From positions 1-10,163 of the forward strand of contig JAVCBY010000087.1 of assembly GCA_037917625.1 (NCBI GenBank): a stretch of DNA of 10,163 nucleotides. Direction: 5' to 3'. Below, one piece after another: positions 7,764 to 10,163 of the stretch. The position numbers and the translations under genes were made by a program. Within the stretch, counting starts at the first letter, position 1; each line of letters opens with the position of its first letter. The notes under the pieces were generated by a model. The model searched no databases. It had not been told where the DNA came from and saw only the letters and a program-made list of their open reading frames with translations. The DNA comes from Thermoproteota archaeon (GTDB taxonomy: Archaea; Korarchaeota; Korarchaeia; Korarchaeales; Korarchaeaceae).

Positions 7764-7907
7764 ATGAGCGACGAGCGAGAAGTGAAGCTGAGCTTAAAGG
7801 ATTATATAGCTTTCCTGATAGCGCTCCTAACGACCCATCTCCTCCCCCTGATATTTGTGATAATCATCACGATACTGCTAGCCATCCTCATAGGATATCT
7901 CTTCTGA
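7764..7907 (+). CDS. Small membrane protein (47 aa), function unknown
   Basis: ATG lies 2 nt after the dppF stop. The product MSDEREVKLSLKDYIAFLIALLTTHLLPLIFVIIITILLAILIGYLF has a charged N-terminus and a ~33-aa hydrophobic stretch with a central Pro. It fills the gap to the convergent gene almost exactly (2 nt left). Confidence 0.65.
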   Translation: MSDEREVKLSLKDYIAFLIALLTTHLLPLIFVIIITILLAILIGYLF

Positions 7908-7909
7908 TC

Positions 7910-9190
7910 TCACTTAGAGATCCGATTTTTTATCTCCTTCAGGGAGTCCTCAATTATTCTTATAGCTTCATCCATCTGCTCTCGAGTTATCGTTATGGGT
8001 GGGGTCAATTTGATTACATTGTGGTGCCTTCCTACAGTAATAGCCAGAAGCCCTCGGTCGAATAGAGCCCATTTCACCATCTCAGCTACTTTACTGGAGG
8101 GTCTGCCTTCCTCATATAACTCTATCCCCTGAACACAACCCACTCCTCTCGAGTCAACCACGAAATCATACTCCTCGACGAAGTCCCTCAAGGAAGAGCT
8201 CAACTGTTCCCCTCTCTCCCTAGCGTTCTCGATCAGATTCTCCTCCCTTATGGCCTCTATAGTCGCTAGAGAAGCTACTGCCGATAGATAGTGCCCCGCG
8301 AAGGTCCCGAGGCTGCCTCCACTGCAGAGGTACCAATCCTCCAGGAGATCCCCTCTGAATGCTATCGCAGCTATGGGGAGGCCCCCGCCCATCCCCTTGC
8401 CCATGACGATCACATCGGGCTCGACGCCATGATGCTCGATCCCGAACCACTTCCCCGTCCTCCCGAATCCAGTATAGACTTCATCTACTATCAGGAGAGC
8501 GCCTGTCTCACTCGATATCCTCCTCAGCTCTTGGAAGAACCTAGCTGGCGGGAATATTATGCCACCATGTGATTGTAGAGGCTCTACGATTATAGCTGCG
8601 AGATCTTCAGGTTCAACAGCCCTCCCGATTATCTCCTCCTCTATGAAGGAGATCGAGAGATCGACGCACTCATCACATGGGAGGGATCTCATCTTGCAGG
8701 GGAGGCAGTTGGGATAGGGCGCATATAAAGTATCGCTAGCCCTCGGGGCCACTCTCCTCATTCCTTCCGTCGGTGATGACATCAAAGCATAGCCTGTCAG
8801 GCCATGATAGGCCCCGAGAAATGAGAGGATGACGCTCCTCTTAGTGACGTACTTAGCTAGTTGGATCGCGAAATCGCTCGCCTCACTTCCGGTAGTAGCG
8901 TAAGCTATTGAGGATTCCTTAACAGGCACTATAGATCTCAGTTTCTCGCCCAACCTTAAGAAGGGCTCCGTTGGAGCTAATAGACCTGAGAACCCCGTTA
9001 TCCTATCTACATGTTCCTTAACGCTCTCAACTACCTTGGGATGCGCTTGACCCAATGAAGTAGCTGCTCCGCTGAAGTCCAGGAATCTCCTCCCATCCTT
9101 CGTCCAGATCTCAGCTTTGAAGCCCCTCTCTACTATTATAGGGAATGAGGGCTTGCATTTGAATATAGATGGGTAATAGGGCTCTATCAT
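7910..9190 (-). CDS. Class III PLP-dependent aminotransferase-fold enzyme, possible amino acid/amide racemase
   Basis: Motifs are DGRRFLDF, SLGQAHPKVV, TGSEA, GAYHG, AIIVEPLQSHGG, LIVDEVYTGFGRTG, PDVIVMGKGMGGGLP (PLP Lys265), GTFAG and NVIKLTPP. The fold is certain; the activity is inferred. Confidence 0.9.
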   Translation of the reverse strand: MIEPYYPSIFKCKPSFPIIVERGFKAEIWTKDGRRFLDFSGAATSLGQAHPKVVESVKEHVDRITGFSGLLAPTEPFLRLGEKLRSIVPVKESSIAYATTGSEASDFAIQLAKYVTKRSVILSFLGAYHGLTGYALMSSPTEGMRRVAPRASDTLYAPYPNCLPCKMRSLPCDECVDLSISFIEEEIIGRAVEPEDLAAIIVEPLQSHGGIIFPPARFFQELRRISSETGALLIVDEVYTGFGRTGKWFGIEHHGVEPDVIVMGKGMGGGLPIAAIAFRGDLLEDWYLCSGGSLGTFAGHYLSAVASLATIEAIREENLIENARERGEQLSSSLRDFVEEYDFVVDSRGVGCVQGIELYEEGRPSSKVAEMVKWALFDRGLLAITVGRHHNVIKLTPPITITREQMDEAIRIIEDSLKEIKNRISK

Positions 9191-9199
9191 GCTCTTCCC

Positions 9200-10111
9200 C
9201 TACAGAGGCGTAGATACTTTACCTTCCTCGAAAACTTTCCAGAGCTTCAACATCCCCTCCTTAACCCTCAAGTTCCCCAAGCCCGCTCCCTCCGGCAGTA
9301 TCCTGAAGCCGTTCTCACACTTAGCCCCTCCCTCAACGAAGTCCTCCTTCAAAGATATATCGGAATCTAGGTCCGTCGTAACGATATTCCTAGTGGCTGT
9401 AGCGAAGTGAACTGCTGCAGTTATGCTTACTCCTCCCTCCATCATACAACCTATCATATTCGGTATCCCAGCCGCTTCGCTTATAGCAGCAATCCTCCTA
9501 GCCTCCAAGAGGCCCCCGGCTTTAGTCAACTTTATGTTTATGTAATCAGCAGCCCTCATCTTCGCGACTAAGAGAGCATCTCTAGCGGAGTGGACGGATT
9601 CATCCGCCATTATCGGGATCGGGCTGACTCGAGTCAGCTCAGCCATCCCCTCATAATCGTACCACTTCACAGGCTGCTCAGCGAGCTCCACATCGTACCT
9701 CTCCATGGATGATAGAGCCTTCTTAGCTTGCTTAACTGTCCATCCTTGATTGGCATCTATCCTTATCCTTATGTCCTTACCCACAGCATCCCTGACAGCC
9801 TTAACCCTAGCTAGATCCTCCTCAACATCGAGGCCCACTTTTAGCTTCAATATCCTGAAGCCCATCTCAACGTACCTCAAGGCATCGGAGGCCATCTCCT
9901 CTGGCGACATTATGCCTATAGTGAAGTCTGTCTCTACTCTCTCTTTATAGCCTCCCAGTAGATCCCTCACTCTGACACCCAGTATCTTCCCCTTCAAGTC
10001 GAAGACAGCCATCTCAAGCGCTAGTTTCGCTGACGTATTTCCGAGGATGGCTCCGGATATCTTACTCTCGATCTCCTCGACATTGAGCGGATCCTCATTG
10101 ATCAATTGAGG
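9200..10111 (-). CDS. Dipeptide epimerase (L-Ala-D/L-Glu epimerase family, enolase superfamily MLE subgroup), 5'-truncated in this sequence
   Basis: KLKVG (KxK catalytic Lys), metal ligands in DANQG, EQP and DES, the second Lys in NIKLTKAGG, GCMME, and the DLD (DxD) motif typical of dipeptide epimerases such as B. subtilis YkfB. The start of the N-terminal capping domain is missing because the frame runs into the inverted duplication (in-frame stop at 10123-10121). Confidence 0.88.
   Translation of the reverse strand, partial: PQLINEDPLNVEEIESKISGAILGNTSAKLALEMAVFDLKGKILGVRVRDLLGGYKERVETDFTIGIMSPEEMASDALRYVEMGFRILKLKVGLDVEEDLARVKAVRDAVGKDIRIRIDANQGWTVKQAKKALSSMERYDVELAEQPVKWYDYEGMAELTRVSPIPIMADESVHSARDALLVAKMRAADYINIKLTKAGGLLEARRIAAISEAAGIPNMIGCMMEGGVSITAAVHFATATRNIVTTDLDSDISLKEDFVEGGAKCENGFRILPEGAGLGNLRVKEGMLKLWKVFEEGKVSTPL
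9768..9825. repeat. Copy 1 of a 58-bp exact inverted repeat, inside the epimerase coding sequence
   Basis: CTTATGTCCTTACCCACAGCATCCCTGACAGCCTTAACCCTAGCTAGATCCTCCTCAA is the exact reverse complement of 10106-10163. Confidence 0.95.
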
Positions 10112-10163
10112 AGGATCTAGCTAGGGTTAAGGCTGTCAGGGATGCTGTGGGTAAGGACATAAG
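10106..10163. repeat. Copy 2 of the 58-bp exact inverted repeat, running to the window end (probable fold-back chimera)
   Basis: TTGAGGAGGATCTAGCTAGGGTTAAGGCTGTCAGGGATGCTGTGGGTAAGGACATAAG encodes EEDLARVKAVRDAVGKDI on the + strand, identical to the internal epimerase segment on the - strand. Confidence 0.95.

Noticed and set aside
8667-8708. CLPC-x6-CDEC cysteine cluster in the class III PLP enzyme as a novel metal site
   Set aside because: Cys-rich loops after the PYP motif are frequent in class III aminotransferase-fold proteins, so this is not distinctive alone.
483-9950. Short ORFs antisense to, or out of frame within, the main genes (483-680, 1366-1629, 2764-2982, 2903-3124, 4879-5163, 5167-5418, 5470-5862, 6046-6276, 6771-7223, 8220-8450, 8291-8572, 9189-9410, 9750-9950)
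   Set aside because: They lie almost wholly within well-supported genes, have the composition typical of shadow frames (often Ser/Leu/Pro-rich), and show no recognisable motifs.
9768-10163. The inverted repeat as IS/MITE terminal repeats or an invertible switch
   Set aside because: The repeat is ordinary epimerase coding sequence, the spacer is continuous coding sequence, and no transposase, recombinase or target-site duplication is visible.
1-10163. CRISPR arrays, tRNA/rRNA genes, mobile elements, defence systems, programmed frameshifts or stop-codon readthrough
   Set aside because: I saw no repeat-spacer periodicity, RNA-gene signature or mobile-element protein. All internal genes appear intact with normal lengths.

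Overview
This window looks archaeal and probably thermophilic. It has GGAGGTG-type Shine-Dalgarno sites, TATA-box promoters in front of apparently leaderless genes, and a Thr-rich linker in the solute-binding protein; a Korarchaeota-like origin is only an impression. Left to right it holds the 3' end of a probable GT4 glycosyltransferase (+), a DUF4349-type membrane protein (-) and an atypical cysteine synthase/cystathionine beta-synthase family PLP enzyme (-). Next come a divergent AT-rich promoter region and a complete five-gene Dpp/Ddp-type peptide ABC transporter (+), followed by a 47-aa membrane microprotein. Converging on these is a two-gene unit (-): an enolase-superfamily dipeptide (L-Ala-D/L-Glu-type) epimerase and a class III PLP enzyme whose active-site residues look more like a racemase than a transaminase. 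The most interesting reading, which is inference, is an archaeal module for importing D-amino-acid or peptidoglycan-derived peptides and converting them to L-forms. The last 58 nt (10106-10163) are an exact inverted copy of 9768-9825 that cuts off the 5' end of the epimerase, most likely a chimera or assembly artefact.
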